NCBI GenBank assembly: GCA_009103225.1
Contig: RHPI01003491.1
Span: 403,292-467,291, forward strand
Source: Chlorokybus atmophyticus
Taxonomy: Eukaryota > Plantae > Mesostigma and Chlorokybus algae
DNA: 64,000 nucleotides
Reading direction: 5' to 3'
Part shown: positions 1 to 13,929 of the stretch, one piece after another
How the letters are laid out: each line of letters begins with the position of its first letter
Numbering within the stretch: the stretch's first letter is position 1
Notes under the pieces: generated by a model
Seen by the model: the letters and a program-made list of their open reading frames with translations, nothing else
The model's database searches: none
Told to the model about the DNA's origin: nothing
Position numbers and translations under genes: made by a program

Positions 1-258
1 CCGCCTAGGCTGTGGCACGTCCAGCCTGACGGTGCAGCAGATGTGCATGCGGAGGCGGACGGCGCCGGCAGGCGGGACGGCGGGGAGCAGCGCCACACAG
101 ACCAGGCTGGACCGCACCAGGTGAAGGCATCCTCAAGCTGCTGCTGCGGGTTGCCATCATCGCCGCCGTCGGCCATAGCCTGCCTCGCCGCCGGCCCGGT
201 GCTTCCCGCCACGAAGAGGAGCGATGCCACGTCGGGTATAACCATAAGAGAGTTGTAG
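1..258 (+). CDS. Possible GC-rich terminal exon of a gene lying mostly left of the window; product unknown
   Basis: Very GC-rich 1-260; + frame open from base 1 to TAG at 256-258; TGTAA near 443. No recognisable motif, and the strand is not certain. Confidence 0.2.
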   Translation, partial: PPRLWHVQPDGAADVHAEADGAGRRDGGEQRHTDQAGPHQVKASSSCCCGLPSSPPSAIACLAAGPVLPATKRSDATSGITIREL

Positions 259-1436
259 CCCGATGGGTAGGGGTTACATGAAGTACTCCTGGCCCCCTAT
301 CCTTTCTTGTCATGGGGCTTGCTTGTGTGTGCTACAATTCAGGGGGCTGTAGCGCACCCGCAGTATGCCTCGTGATTTATATGATGCACAGGTGTTACAT
401 GATGTACATATGTCCAATGTGAGAGGCGTGTGCGTACGGTGCATGTAAAATGTGTGCGAAGTATGGCGTAATTACAGATGCAGTGAACGCATCGTGATAT
501 ACACGTTGTGGTTGCGTTCCAGAGCGTGTGTGAGGAATGCGTTTCTGCAGCATCGCACACATGTCTGCTGCATTCTACAGGTTGCGATTACTCCCTTCTT
601 GCTCCCCACCCGCTTGCCGCTGCCCTGCGTGCTGCCTGAGGGCTTTAGGGCTTTGTCGTGGAGTCGGTCTAGGGTTTGTAAGACTCTTAAGTTGAAAGCT
701 GTATTTGAGCCTCTCGTTTGATTGATTGCTTGCCTTCGAGAGGCTATGCTTGAGCCTGCTGCTTGTGTTGCATACGAGTACAAATCTCCCATTACGTGTG
801 CCTCGCGCAACTCTTATGTTATGTAACAGCGCGCCTTGCTGCATCCAGCCACACTCTGTGGCTCGATGCACGTCTTGTTCAGGCATACAAACCTGAGAAA
901 AAAGCAAAAGGCACTTCCTCGGCCGATCAATGATGCTTGCTGCAACACTTGCTCATGACTTCGGTTCATGGCCTTAGTACACGTGCTCTAAACCACTCAA
1001 TCATGTACACCACTACATGGTTCGTGATCACAACAGTGCCAATCTACAAATACAATTGCGACAACCTCGTACTGAACAATTAACATACAATACATCGGCA
1101 GCATGCCGCAGCATGCGCATGCACACGTCAACTTGGCATCACACAACCATAACGTACACGCGTACATAGGGATGTGCGGGTCCCCAACGTCACATGACAC
1201 AACGAGTACCCATAACGACTCACACCGATGTAACACACGACCACACCGCCGCACCCACACCGCTCTATATATACGTATATACAGTCCCACACTCCCATAT
1301 CTACACGCTCGCACACACCGACACTAAAATATTTACACTCACACCGCCACGTCCGGCTGCCACACTCCAACAAAATCGCCTGCGCGCGCCCCTGCTGCAG
1401 CACGCAGCACCAAACGCTGCTGGCAACCCCACATCA

Positions 1437-2483
1437 TTACGTGTGTGGTGCTGTTCCGAGACGCTCAAAGATGATGCCGTCCACATGCAACCCACATATC
1501 CACCATCCACCTTGATCGTTGTGCTTCCGGAATTTGTAATGCGCGACAGCGCTCAGCTGATGCACAACGAGCGTACCCACCAAGAAGTCAAAGTACCCGT
1601 GTCCATGATCATGCAAGCGTCAGGCTCGATCTGCAGCGTCAAGCCACCATCTTCCACCACATCGCCATGCTGGTTGTGCACTTGAACCGTCATGTGCTGC
1701 GCGTGTACACACAAAAACACGCAGCCATCATGGTTGTTCGTGAACGATGACAACGAGCAGACCACGCGCTGAGCAAGTTCTTGCAAGAGACACAACCCGT
1801 CGCGAGATGCTGCTGCGTGGTATACAAGTGTCGCGCACGCATACACATACCCACGCATGCAGGCATGCATGCCTCGCATACAGACAGAACGGCAGGCAAG
1901 GCAGCTAGCAGCTAGCAGCATGTCCCTTACCATGGGTCCGTCTTGGAGGAAGTCGTTGTCGATGGCGAGTCTCCAGCACACCCTGTACCTTCCTCCGTGC
2001 TCAAACCAGCACACGCCGGGGCGGCGAGCGAGGTGGACTCTCCCCTGGGCGTCCGGGCGGCCGTCGTGGGAGTAGTAGGGTGCGGCGTTGTGGAAGTACA
2101 TGTCGCTCCCTCCTGCGGGAACACGCCGCGTGTGCCCCTCCGCTCGCTCCTCCTCCTGCGCATGCCACAGCTCGTCCTGGGCACGAGCGACGGCCGAGGC
2201 GGCAGAACGGCACGTGCAGGCCAGGGACGCCACGTCACGCAGGTTGTCCAACAAGAGGATGTCACGTCATGCACAGAGCAGCTCGGGAGGCGCCACCTCT
2301 GTCAGCATGGAGCCGCCCTCGCCCTCTTCCTCCTCCTGCACCGTGGTCATGGCCGTCGCTGCAGGGATGTGGAAGTCACCGGCACCGGCACCGGCGGCGG
2401 CGGGCTCAAGCAGCGCACCTTTCCGCTCCTCCCCCTGGTTGTCCAAGCAGCCGACGACGCACAGCCGCCAGCAGCCAGATGAC
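1437..2483 (-). pseudogene. F-box / phloem-protein-2 (PP2)-like gene with two in-frame TGA codons
   Basis: Minus-strand exons read LTEVAPPELLCA*RDILLLDNLRDVASLACTCR (F-box-like), VCWFEHGGRYRVCWRL, and DRA*RLHDHGHGYFDFLVGTLVV...GGWWICGLHVDGIIFERL (PP2 C-terminal motifs). Donor ATG|gtaagg at 1931/1930; TAA at 1437-1439. Middle exon structure unresolved. Confidence 0.55.
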
Positions 2484-3229
2484 TAGCGTAGCGGGCGCAT
2501 GCACATGGCTGTGTGGACAGTGGCACTGTGATGATCCATGGGTGGGCTTGTAATCCCCTGGAGACTGAGGAGGTGCCATGCATGCCTCAGTCATTGCAAG
2601 ATGGCAATCGCCCGTGCTGCTGTGCAGACACAAGACAGCTAGACGAATGTATCACATGGGATCACAACGATACAAGGGTCCATACAGCACTGCACTGCAC
2701 CACAACTAGGGCTTGCGTAGCAGTCGAGCTGCGCAACGCCGCTGACTACGCTGCAACAAGCGCTGCATGCATAGCCAGTGATACAAATCAGCGTCACGTG
2801 CCGACATGCCACGTGATGACAGCAGCGCCAAGGCGAAGCATGCCGCGGCAACAACACCGCCGCCCAGCTTAGGCAAGGGGGCAATTGACGCTCACGGACT
2901 ACACTCGGATACCCTTGCAAATGGTTCTGGTACGATTGCTTGCTTTGTAACGCCAAAAAATACCATCGTTTGATGCATAAGAGGCTTAAAGGAACGGGGC
3001 AAGTATACATAAAACCTGGCTCATCTATGTACTCAGCAGAGATAAAGTCGTAAGTTGTAGTGCATAATGTGCCTACGTTCTGCAGAGATACCATTTATCA
3101 AGTAGACGATGGTGCATGTCATGTACACCATAGCACACATGTACACTTCGTGCATACTACTGTGATAATTTGTCTTTACATTAATGCTAGGTGACTTCAC
3201 CATACTTGTGTTGCAGTTGTGGCACGATG

Positions 3230-6051
3230 TCAAGCTCGCCCACACTTCTTATCCAAAATCTTCGGCCCATGTTCTTCCCACTCTTGTCTGCTTACCCAAA
3301 ACTCGGGATTGTCCTGCAAGAGAACACATCTGAAACAACCATTGTTGCTAGACATGTGGAAAATTCCTTGCCAATGCATTCATTGTATTCACTTTGCATA
3401 ATTGCATATGTAGCGTTGATAGCTCTGCTCACCTTCATTAAGTCTGCCAACACGGACGCGCCCAAAAACACAAAGTGTTTTCGCCTCGGCGGGTCCTCAA
3501 TGCCCAGTTTCAGTTTCTGCACACACGAACAACATCCCCAGTGACACGGTTCAGATGAGATCAACAGCACGTCCGCATGGTGCAACAAACAATCCCACCT
3601 TGAGTCCCTCTTTGTTGCCTTTGAGGACGTGCTGCAGATACAGAGCCTTGAGCTCCTTCTCCAGCCTGGCACACATGACACACATGGAACACACTGAGTG
3701 CATCACAGGGCAGCGTGACGTGGCAAGCACACGCCAGTATCAAGTCAGTGGCACGAAGTGCGTACTCACCTGGTAGGGAGTCCTGGGTACATGCTGGACC
3801 CGCCGCTGAGAATGATGTGTTGGAACATCTGCACACATACTGACTGAGACGCTGTAAACGTGCCATACGTTGTGCTTCGAAGTAAGGGTACGCAGTGGAC
3901 GCGCAGGTCCAGCTGCGAGAGCGAGCGTACGGGCATGCGGTTGTCGAGGTCCATCTCCTGTATGCACTTAAACACCAGCTCAGCCAGACCGGGACCCTCC
4001 ACGCCAATCAGCTCCTGCAGGCACACAGAACAACAGACTTCTTCGCAGAGGGGCAGCATGGGGTGTGGTGTGCACTCCCGTGTGTACATCGAGTACAGCT
4101 CACCGGTCTGAAGAGTGCCTCTGGCGCCATGAAGCGCTCCGGACCCACCTGGATCACACGACCGTCCGGAAGCTGCAGGTGGAGAGATATCGAGTCAGAT
4201 GCCATGCAACACAATCGCTACTACAATTGCCACTCACCGTGTAGGACTTGAGCACGACGGTTGTGTCGCGCGCCAGCTGCAGCTCCCGCTCATAGTCAGC
4301 CCTGATCGCAAGACAGCAAGCGCGTGTTGGAGGCGTGTGACAATGCGCGCAACACCGCTCACTCTCTCCGCACTCACGCGACATAGCAGAGCTCCTCCTT
4401 GATCTGGCGCACCGTTTCAAAGTCCGCGCTACGGTTGAACGCGTACCTACACATGTGTGTGCATGTTGGTGGGCGTAGTATGTTGAAAACGACACGCACT
4501 GCGTACCCTCTCCGAAGCAGCAGGTCGATCAGGTGCGTGGTGGTGTGGCGGCCGGCGATGTTCAACCGCTTCGTGACGTGCGGGAACGCCAGGCCGTCCA
4601 CCACAGGCACCTGCGCTCAGTGCAAACACGTCTTAGACCAATCAACACATCCGTGTCCACGTCCACGGTATGTATCGCTACCATGTGCGTGACACCGTCG
4701 CCCGAGTCCACCACTAGACCAGTCAGGAGGCCTGTACTTGCGCGCGCAAGCGCTTGTGTGAGCATTGCGTTGCGTGTTGTGATACGCAAACACGCGTGCA
4801 CCTTGTGCGTATAGCGTGAGGACTGCCTGGATCTGCACTTGGGCGGCCTCAAACCTGTAAGTCTCAAGCATGGTCTCCACCTGGACACATCCATGCACGT
4901 GTGCGTATGACTTCTGTGTGGGCAGTTGCTCTCTGCCACAGCGCCTGACAACAGCAGCCTGCTGGAAAGCACGTGCAACCATCCCGCTCCATTGCTTACC
5001 ATGCGTTCTCGGTTTTTGGCGGGGTTGAGGGGTGGGTCCGTGAGCATGATCTTGCACTCGGCCGTGTCTATCCTCAGCCTCTCCTGCAAACCGCAACCCA
5101 CCGTCACACAAGCACACGCACATGAATTCCCACGCATTAGACTGTGTGTCACTCACGTGGAACGTGTGGTCCCATACGTGGCCCATATCTTCCCAGTTGT
5201 GTACGATGCCGTTGCTGACGGGGTAGCGCACCTCCAGCTGGTGACGGTTCGCCAAACACTCCTTGCCCACTTGCACATCCTGCTCACGTACATGCGCGCA
5301 TGACAACACATCGCTGCCAATGTCATGTAATCGTTCGCTCGCTCGCTCTACCGTACCTTTGTTGCGGAGGCCTGCGTTGTGATCTCTCCGTGTCGCAGCA
5401 TGGGCCGGCCCACAATGCACGGGAACACCGCGCGAGGGAAGTTGTCACCAGCAAAACCGCACTTCACAAACTGCACCAGCCAACACGTATGCGCGCACAT
5501 GTGTACGTTCAGATCTGGTGAGACAGCCACTGTGACGCTGGCAATGTCCCTTGCGCTAACTGACTAGAGTGTCACAGCGAACATTGATCTCAACTGCACG
5601 ACTGCATGAAGGCTGGTTGAGAAGGGCAAACACGTCGCTACCATGTAAGGCGATTATCATCATCGTGTACTGTTTTCGACCCAGCAAACTGTGTTCACAA
5701 ACGATTCGCGTGCAGCTGTTCCACTGTTGCGCCTGCTGATGGTAACCCACGACGTGCGTGCGTCAGTTGTTCGCGCAAGCCCATATGTTCCAACACGACA
5801 GCAGTGCACGTGTTGACCCCGGGAGTACATATCACAACCACCGTCAAGTAGCAGTAAGTTGCTGGCACAGCTATGCGGAGACCAAAGGTGTTGTTCAGCA
5901 GCAGCAGCATGGACCACAATCTGGACTCAAGTCCGCCACACAGGCAGGCATCCTGGCCTCTGCAATGCAACACCCACACCACACTCCTCACCCCTGTTCC
6001 ATTGTCGCATACGACTACCTTTCCTCCCCCTCTCCCCTCCCCCGCCGCCAT
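3230..6051 (-). CDS. ARP2: Actin-related protein 2, 15 exons
   Basis: Exons join to VVCDNGTG|[23 protein letters not shown]..., [100 protein letters not shown]. Exon 1 is 6051-5992, exon 2 is 5470-5357, all GT-AG introns; TGA at 3230-3232; TGTAA about 50 nt downstream. Confidence 0.95.
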
Positions 6052-6401
6052 GGCCGCCCACCGCCCGGGAGTGCAGCAGCGCCAGCGCCAGCAGCAGCAG
6101 CTCTGAGCAGCTCTGAGCAGGCGCAGCACAACAAACAACTTCCGGAGCCAGCTTCCGACACACTTCCGCTAGCCACGGCCGTACGAGACGGATTGAGTGA
6201 GAGTCGTACGCCGAGTTACGCTCGGCGCAGAATAATAGTAATACGCTGCGTCTGCTGCTGCTGCGGTCGGTGTGGGCCACGAAAGAGTCACCCGACAACG
6301 TCGACGCGTACCCCCCCCCCCGCATGAGAAAAGCACTCCGAAACGCGGTTCTCTAGGCAGCAGCAGCAGCAGCGGCAAGGCGTAGGGTGTGAGGGTGCAA
6401 C
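6052..6401. promoter_or_regulatory. Putative bidirectional promoter and 5' UTRs shared by ARP2 and SHMT
   Basis: The two ATGs (6051 minus, 6402 plus) diverge with only 350 bp between them; CpG-rich, with (GCA)n runs near each start. Confidence 0.6.
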
Positions 6402-9400
6402 ATGGCGATCAGGGCGGCGGCGAACTCCACATCCCGGCTACTGCTGGGGGCCGCTAGCAGCAGCGTCGTCAACGCCAATGCTTTGCCGATCAGCGCAGCT
6501 CCAGCACGCTTGGCTGCGGCCGCAGCAGGCGTCAGACGCTACGGCGCAGAGGTGGGTGGGGGTCACTACGGCTGCTCATTACCACTCGTTTTTGTGCGAG
6601 TGACCAGTTGTGCTGCACATGAAAAGCAGGGAAAACGGTTTGTGTTGGCTTGCTGCTGCAACAACAACAACCCCCAGTCAGTGTGCTGTGCGGTTGCAAA
6701 TAGTTCAGCTGTCGAGTAGCCTACTGATCTGTGATTGATGTTAGGAGGCTGCTTGAGTGCTGACTGGGAAGAACCTAGCTATGAAAATCTCAACCAATTA
6801 TCTGGTGCTGGTGGCTTTGTACGTAGTTAGTGTTCTTTGGTCTGTTGAGGTTGACTACAGCTGGTTGAGTGGTGATCAGGCCCTTGAGACCAACGAGGAG
6901 GCGTACAGCACTTTCAAGGAGAACAAGGAGAAGGCAGCCGTCACAGTGAGTGTCAACTTCAGGCTCAGTTGACTGATTTGTGTTTAGTTTTAATGATTGA
7001 CATTTGCTGATTATCTGCTGCGCACGTATATTGGTGTGCACAGTGGCCGCGCATGCTGAACCAGCCGCTGGCCGAGGTGGATCCCGAGCTCGAGGACATC
7101 ATTGAGCTGGAGAAGAACCGCCAATGGAAGGTAAAGTCCTTCTAGAATTCAGTTGTGATGTAACCGTTTCACAACAATAGAGGTTGATAGTAAGCTCGTA
7201 GATTCACAATCGCAACCACAGGTGTTGTACTAGCATGAGTCTGGCTTCATTTTAATATGTATGTCTATTCAGCTTTTTTATCATGGTGTACATATTGTAG
7301 TACAACAAATGTACTATACCACATACATACTGTATCTCGTACAGACATTGTTTACCAATGTCTGTACGAGATGTATTGTTTTTGTTTGTTGACCCAGACT
7401 GTTCAGCACAGCAGGGGTAGTGCTAAGGACGTACTTTGCCCACCATGTGCGTAGTACTGGCGTCTTATCTGCTCTGTTTATTGTCCTGCATGCTTGGCAG
7501 CAGCAACTGTTGTACAGATACACCTGTGCCGCATGGTGTAAGCGCGCTTTATGTAGATGTTTGACTGCTCATGCGCAGGGGCTGGAGATGATTCCGTCAG
7601 AGAATTTCACGTCGTTGAGTGTGATGGAGGCCGTGGGGTCCGTCATGACCAACAAGTACTCTGAGGGCTACCCGGGCCAGCGTTACTACGGAGGAAATGA
7701 GTAAGCGACACACGCGCATTTTACAATGACAACATGGGTGGTCGCTGTTTGTTGCAGCTCATTGGGGCTGCAATGTGGCAGGTTCATTGACATGGCAGAG
7801 ACTCTCTGCCAAGACAGAGCACTTGCAGCTTTCCGCCTCGACCCTGCTAAGTGGGGAGGTACAACTGTTTGTCTCAAGTTAATCTTCCTTACGTAGACTC
7901 CCAGCAACGTATCTCCTGAAGTCGTTTGCACAGTCAACGCACGACCACCAATGCTGCATGTTTTGGTGGATGCTTGCAGTGAACGTGCAGCCGCTGTCGG
8001 GCTCTCCTGCCAATTTCCATGTGTACACGGCGCTGCTGAAGCCACACGATCGGATGATGTCTCTGGACCTGCCGCATGGCGGGCACCTCTCCCACGGCTT
8101 CCAGACCGACACCAAGAAGATCAGTGCTGTCTCTATCTACTTTGAGAGCATGCCATACCGACTCAACGAGGAGACGGGCATCATCGACTATGATGCGGTG
8201 CGCCGGCGCTGCTCGGAATACTGCCATTTCAGATGGTGGCTGCTCGTGCATAGTGAGTATGTTGACTTGTGGGTTGTTGGCATGTGCAGCTTGAGAAGTC
8301 GGCGGCGCTGTTCCGGCCAAAGCTCATTGTGGCGGGCACAAGCGCGTACTCGAGGCTCATTGACTATCCTCGCATGCGCAAGGTGTGCACTTATTTGCCA
8401 AGTTTCAATTTAACCACACACTGCAGAACTGCAATGCGCGGGTGTAACGTGTTGTGGCATGGGATGCAGATCTGCGACAAGCAGAACGCTGTTCTTTTGG
8501 CGGACATGGCCCACATCTCCGGGCTCGTCGCTGCAGGTGTGGTCCCGTCGCCATTTGACTATGCGGACGTTGTGACCACGACCACGCACAAGTCTCTGCG
8601 GGGGCCGCGCGGAGCCATGATCTTCTACAGGAAGGGGCCCAAAGGCACAGACAAGAAGGGCAACACGGTAAGACAACAACACTCTGGCCATGTGTACCGT
8701 TGCTTGTGCGAAGATCGCTAAATCAATGCGCAGTGACCAGTGTATTGCTCTTGCTTCGCTGGGCAGATCATGTACGATTACGAGGACAAGATCAACTTTG
8801 CAGTGTTTCCGGGCCATCAGGGCGGTCCCCACAACCACACAATTGCCGGGTTGGCTGTGGCGCTCAAGCAAGCGGCGACGCCGGAGTTCAAGGGGTATCA
8901 AGAGCAGGTTTGTGCATGATAATGTTCTCTCTGTACCTTGCATGCTGCTTGTTAACGCATGATTGGTAATTAATGACACTGGTCATGTAAGCTTGCTACT
9001 ACCGTGCTCATATTCAACCTAAGCACATCCTTGGCGTGAAGGCAACAGACTCTGCGTACACTTGATCATATTACGAGCAATGGTATTGCGTGCAGGTGCT
9101 GAAGAACAGTTTCAAGTTTGCTGATGAGCTAAATTCGCGAGGGTACAAGTTGGTTTCTGGCGGCACCGATAACCACCTTGTGCTTGTGGACTTGAGGTAT
9201 GCCTTCAAGGAAGGCAGTCTTGTGGAGGCGCGGGGGTGTTGTAAATTGAACACAACTGTTGTGCAGGCCCAATGGTGTGGACGGCTCGCGCGTGGAGCGT
9301 GTGTTGGAGTTGGCTCACATAGCTGCCAACAAGAACACAGTTCCCGGAGATAAGAGTGCGCTGGTTCCTGGCGGCATCCGTATGGGTACAGGCCGCTCTG

Positions 9401-9920
9401 CATGCTCTACTTGCTTCATGCGCCCTTGAGCAATGCACATTATGTGTCACCAGTGTGTTTCATGACTCGCGGTTGATATTCTGGCAGGCACGCCGGCCTT
9501 GACGACAAAGGGTTTGACAGAGAGCGACATGGAGGTTGTTGCTAACTTTTTCGACCAAGCTGTCAAGATCGCGCAAAAGATCTCCAAGGAGTCGGGTATG
9601 TGTATCTTGAAGTGGGCATTTCAATGTGGGCACAGAGAGGGCACATGCTGCATTATGATTGGTAACTACAGGAGCGCCATTTTGTGGCGGGTTCCTGTTT
9701 GCATGTTGCGTTGCTGGCAGAGCTATCTGTGCGTGTCGTGTGTGGGGTGTTTGCCAACATTAGCTATTGTTGGGCAGGCCCTAAGTTGAAGGACTTCAAG
9801 GCCACGCTGGACTCAAAGGATTGGCCTGAGATTGATGCTTTGCGGCATGAGGTGGAGGAGTTCAGCAAAAAATTCCCGACCATTGGTTTTGAGAAGTCGA
9901 CCATGAAGTACAAGGATTAG
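6402..9920 (+). CDS. SHMT: Serine hydroxymethyltransferase, mitochondrial/photorespiratory (SHM1-type), 13 exons
   Basis: Ala/Ser/Arg-rich transit-peptide-like N-terminus; [15 protein letters not shown]..., [53 protein letters not shown]-lysine motif [34 protein letters not shown]; ends [13 protein letters not shown]. Confidence 0.97.
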
Positions 9921-10559
9921 GCGGCCTTTCCCCCTGCTACAAGTGGGACTTCCGCACCCCAACCTGGATGTGCGAGGCATCGTTGTCTGCAATCAGCGCT
10001 TGTGTCTTCTACTGTGCCATATATATCCGAACCAATCTATATTGACTGGTTGAATATTGTTGTGCATAGGGTCAGAGTGACCCTGGCTCGCATATGCATG
10101 TTTGCATATGCAACTCTTGGACGATTGAGATCATTGTGCATTGGGACAGCTGGCGTCATATATAACATGACATATACAAGTGTGTGCAAGGTATGCAAGG
10201 TAGTATGTTACAATGTAGCCAATAAGCAAGCGTTGAGAATCCTAGCAAGTGCTGTTCTGCATGGTACATACTTGTAATGGTGTAGCTTTCACAAATTTAT
10301 GCGGCCCATTATGTATTGTGACTCCTGTATGTGTGCTCGTATATATACGCGGTAGTTTATTGATGATTGGGTTGTCGTGTCGTCCAAGGCAGGTTGAGGA
10401 TGACTGATCCGAGTAGCTATAGAAACGGACGTGTGTTGTGGACATGCTACTTGTAGCGCACGTTAGCATGTCAACAAAAGTAAAATATAATTCTACTTCG
10501 AGGATGCTGGTAATCTCTGACCAAGCCTACTCACAACTAAAGGCATACGCCGTACAGAG

Positions 10560-11740
10560 ATGCTCCCCGAATTAGTATACACGCTGTGCTGCAGGTAACA
10601 CATTCAACAAGCCAGGTGGCATGGGCTATAGGCCTCGTTGTTGTCACCGTCAACTTGTCGTCATCGCTGTGAAGGAGGTGGAGATACTCAATGACAAGGA
10701 GTAGAGTGGAAGGAGGTGAGACTGAAAACAGCGCGAGAGCTTCTGCTGCTATGGTAACTGCTTCCTTTACTGTCGTTCGCTTGTTGATAGGAGAAGTTAG
10801 AACTTAAGCTTCAGCTGCTGAGGTCACCCTCAGCTATTGACAGGAATGGGATGGGCCTGCTCATACCTGTGGTTTGAAAATGAAAGTGCATGCAGTGTAG
10901 AGTTCTTGTGCTCTACCTGCTATCTTAATGCTACTACCACCCAACACACTACTGCTTGTGCACTATATAATGACGGTGATAGCGAATGTGTAGAGATGCA
11001 CCTCAAATGCGGATTGCGTTTTATCGTGCAGTGAGCAACAACATTCACTTGAACAGAGGGTGATACTGTGAGTCAACAAGCCACTACTATATGTTGCACT
11101 GTTGACACAGTTCTGTACATGAGTGGAAGATATAATGGAAAAAAAGAAGTTATCATGTGAGGTGAATGAGCATACAACTTGCGGATGCTATGCTCTAATT
11201 GGTACAAGCAAACACTCCGCAGCTAAACAACTACCAAGCCCATAGCAATGACAAACACAGTGCACAATGGCATGCACAAATTTTCACATGGTAAGGGGTT
11301 CTTGGCAACCGAGGCGGCGCATTTGCAGTTCAAGTCTTGTCACAAGCTCTTAAATTTCAAGTCTTTGAGTTTTAGAGTTTCCCAGTCACAGTGCCACCAG
11401 CTGATCCGGTGAACACTACGACTACTTACATACAAGTCGAATCGTGGATGTGCGAAACATAAGCTACCGATCATAGCGAGGCTATTTTTAAAGAAACCCC
11501 GAACTCGATATAAAACCTTGCTGATAGCTAGACTGAACAGCTACGCGCGGTACCTATGTAGGTACAGCTACATACATACAGCTACGCGCTGTACACATGT
11601 AGCTTACGACCTAGTAGCAAATCATGCTACATATTAATCAGTCGCGCGCGCGGGGCGTATGCTCGTAGACCGGGCAGTGGTCGGGTTGCAAGCATACCGA
11701 GAAGAAATGGTGGTGGTGTTGTAAATGGCATGATAGGGAT
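10560..11740 (-). mobile_element. Degenerate relic of the 5' leader and gag start of the DNMT-gypsy family
   Basis: Colinear similarity by eye to 38,040-39,200 (e.g. ttcttggcaacc...cagttcaagtc, accacccaacacact, cagctacgcgcggt); no intact ORF. Confidence 0.75.
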
Positions 11741-12217
11741 AATGAAAGACAACCATTAGCTTGTTTAATATGTGTATATCAGGTGTGTAACATATGGTAT
11801 AAACTACACACAATTTACTAAAAAGTTTGTTTATTCTGCTGAGCACATTCAGGCTGTTACAGTTTCAGACTCCATGTACAAATGAATCACTTATCGTCTC
11901 CTTAACCCTAACCCTATTTAAAATGTCACAATTCGATAGATTAATGGTCATTGACTTTTGCATGTGTGAAGTATCAGTTCGTGACAAGTGATCATACGTA
12001 GCTTTGTTGGTACACATTCAGCTCATGAAAACTGATGTCACTATATATATGTTTTAGCCCACTGGAGCCCATTGTAGCCCACAATCACGCTCAACCATAT
12101 CACATCATATAAAACAATAAAACCCAAAGTTGCAATGTAAGGCCGACCACCTAAGGTCAAAGCTTTCTCAACAACTTAACCGACCAATATAACTGAGCAT
12201 CAGCCTACATGTGCATA

Positions 12218-12219
<2 letters not shown>

Positions 12220-12249
<30 letters not shown>

Positions 12250-12706
12250 NNNNNNNNNNNNNNNNNNNNNNNNNNNNNNNNNNNNNNNNNNNNNNNNNNN
12301 NNNNNNNNNNNNNNNNNNNNNNNNNNNNNNNNNNNNNNNNNNNNNNNNNNNNNNNNNNNNNNNNNNNNNNNNNNNNNNNNNNNNNNNNNNNNNNNNNNNN
12401 NNNNNNNNNNNNNNNNNNNNNNNNNNNNNNNNNNNNNNNNNNNNNNNNNNNNNNNNNNNNNNNNNNNNNNNNNNNNNNNNNNNNNNNNNNNNNNNNNNNN
12501 NNNNNNNNNNNNNNNNNNNNNNNNNNNNNNNNNNNNNNNNNNNNNNNNNNNNNNNNNNNNNNNNNNNNNNNNNNNNNNNNNNNNNNNNNNNNNNNNNNNN
12601 NNNNNNNNNNNNNNNNNNNNNNNNNNNNNNNNNNNNNNNNNNNNNNNNNNNNNNNNNNNNNNNNNNNNNNNNNNNNNNNNNNNNNNNNNNNNNNNNNNNN
12701 NNNNNN

Positions 12707-12742
<36 letters not shown>
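12220..12742. repeat. (AT)n microsatellite on both sides of an assembly gap
   Basis: TATATA tracts at 12220-12249 and 12707-12742. Confidence 0.95.
12250..12706. other. Assembly gap (N run)
   Basis: 457 N. Confidence 1.
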
Positions 12743-12745
<3 letters not shown>

Positions 12746-13929
12746 ATGCAACCATGTATGCAAGACAGCACTACTCAGTCTCTAGTACAATCGTCACAGC
12801 ATGGGATGTTTCAAGTCCTTCCCCTCAGAGCATGCCCCCAAAGACACCCGTGCAGAAGCTTGTGCCAGTGCATGCGTGTGTTGTGGCTTGCCAGTATATG
12901 TAATCACTGCTTGTCACACCGCACTGTCATTAGGTTGAGTTGCACTTCATTGCTTGCAGTAACTGCTACAAGCACAATAATTGCCTGTAGTGATTATTAC
13001 AAGCGCAGTGATTGCCTACTAGTGATTGCGACGAACTTGCTAATCACTGATTTCACTACCCGATACTGGCCATCCCTGCGACTCGCCCATGTATCATTAG
13101 CTATACGCCAAGTCCGTAAGTCCCAACTTCGGATGTAGCTAACCTCTCCCTCTGTCTCAGTGCTGGAGGTTGGGACTTGTTCAAGACAGTTTAGAGGTAA
13201 GATTATGACATACTGATCTCACACTTGGAAAGTCCCAACAACCCCCCCTTTGCCTCAGTGTTGAAGATTGGGACCGTGCCTGGGACAAGCTTGAGTCAGG
13301 ACATGTGGTGGGCCCACTCAGACTTGATTCAGCTTGGCAACACTCAAGATCCACTTTTTCCTGTTTTCGGACTGATTTGGATTCTGTTTTGAATTTTAGC
13401 CGACGTACAGTCATTGTGACCGTGTCGTTGAACCCGATCCTTTAATGATATTCTCACCATCCCATTTTGTCTGTTTTGCAGACAAATGGAGGAAAAGCTC
13501 AATGCTCACCTCAAAGGAGGAGGGCTCAAGAAAAGAGCCACTTCCTTGTGAGGATGAGTCTCAACCCATGGAGGATATACCAAATCCTGATGATGACACC
13601 TGATGCGTCTCAAGCTACCAAAGCTTTGAATGATTCGGTTGACCCAGCAGGCCATTGCCATCATTTTTTGAGGTTTTTATTCGTATGACAAAGCAGGAGT
13701 TAATGGACCACTTTCTTGGCACCTATAACATGGAACTTCCAGGTTGAACCTCGTGAGGCGACTCTCTGGTGAACTTCATCTTCCAGATTGCAGAAATGGT
13801 CTGCATCCTCACCATGCTTTAAGGGGCGAGATTAAGCGGCACAAATGAATGAAAACACCGTGTTGTGGACATAAATGAGCGCCTTCAACGTACTGACGGC
13901 GCACTACTTGTTTAGGCCCTCGTTCGTCC

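Noticed and set aside
5695-6378. Several overlapping GC-rich ORFs between ARP2 and SHMT
   Set aside because: They are low-complexity translations of ARP2 exon 1, its first intron and the shared promoter.
11903-11916. TAACCCTAACCCTA telomere-like motif
   Set aside because: Only two units; expected by chance in AT-rich sequence.
12200-13138. Long ORFs with IYIYIY and X runs
   Set aside because: Artefacts of the (AT)n tract and N gap.
13140-13900. Small ORFs and splice-like sites suggesting a host gene
   Set aside because: No recognisable motif, multiple stops, no coherent exon chain.
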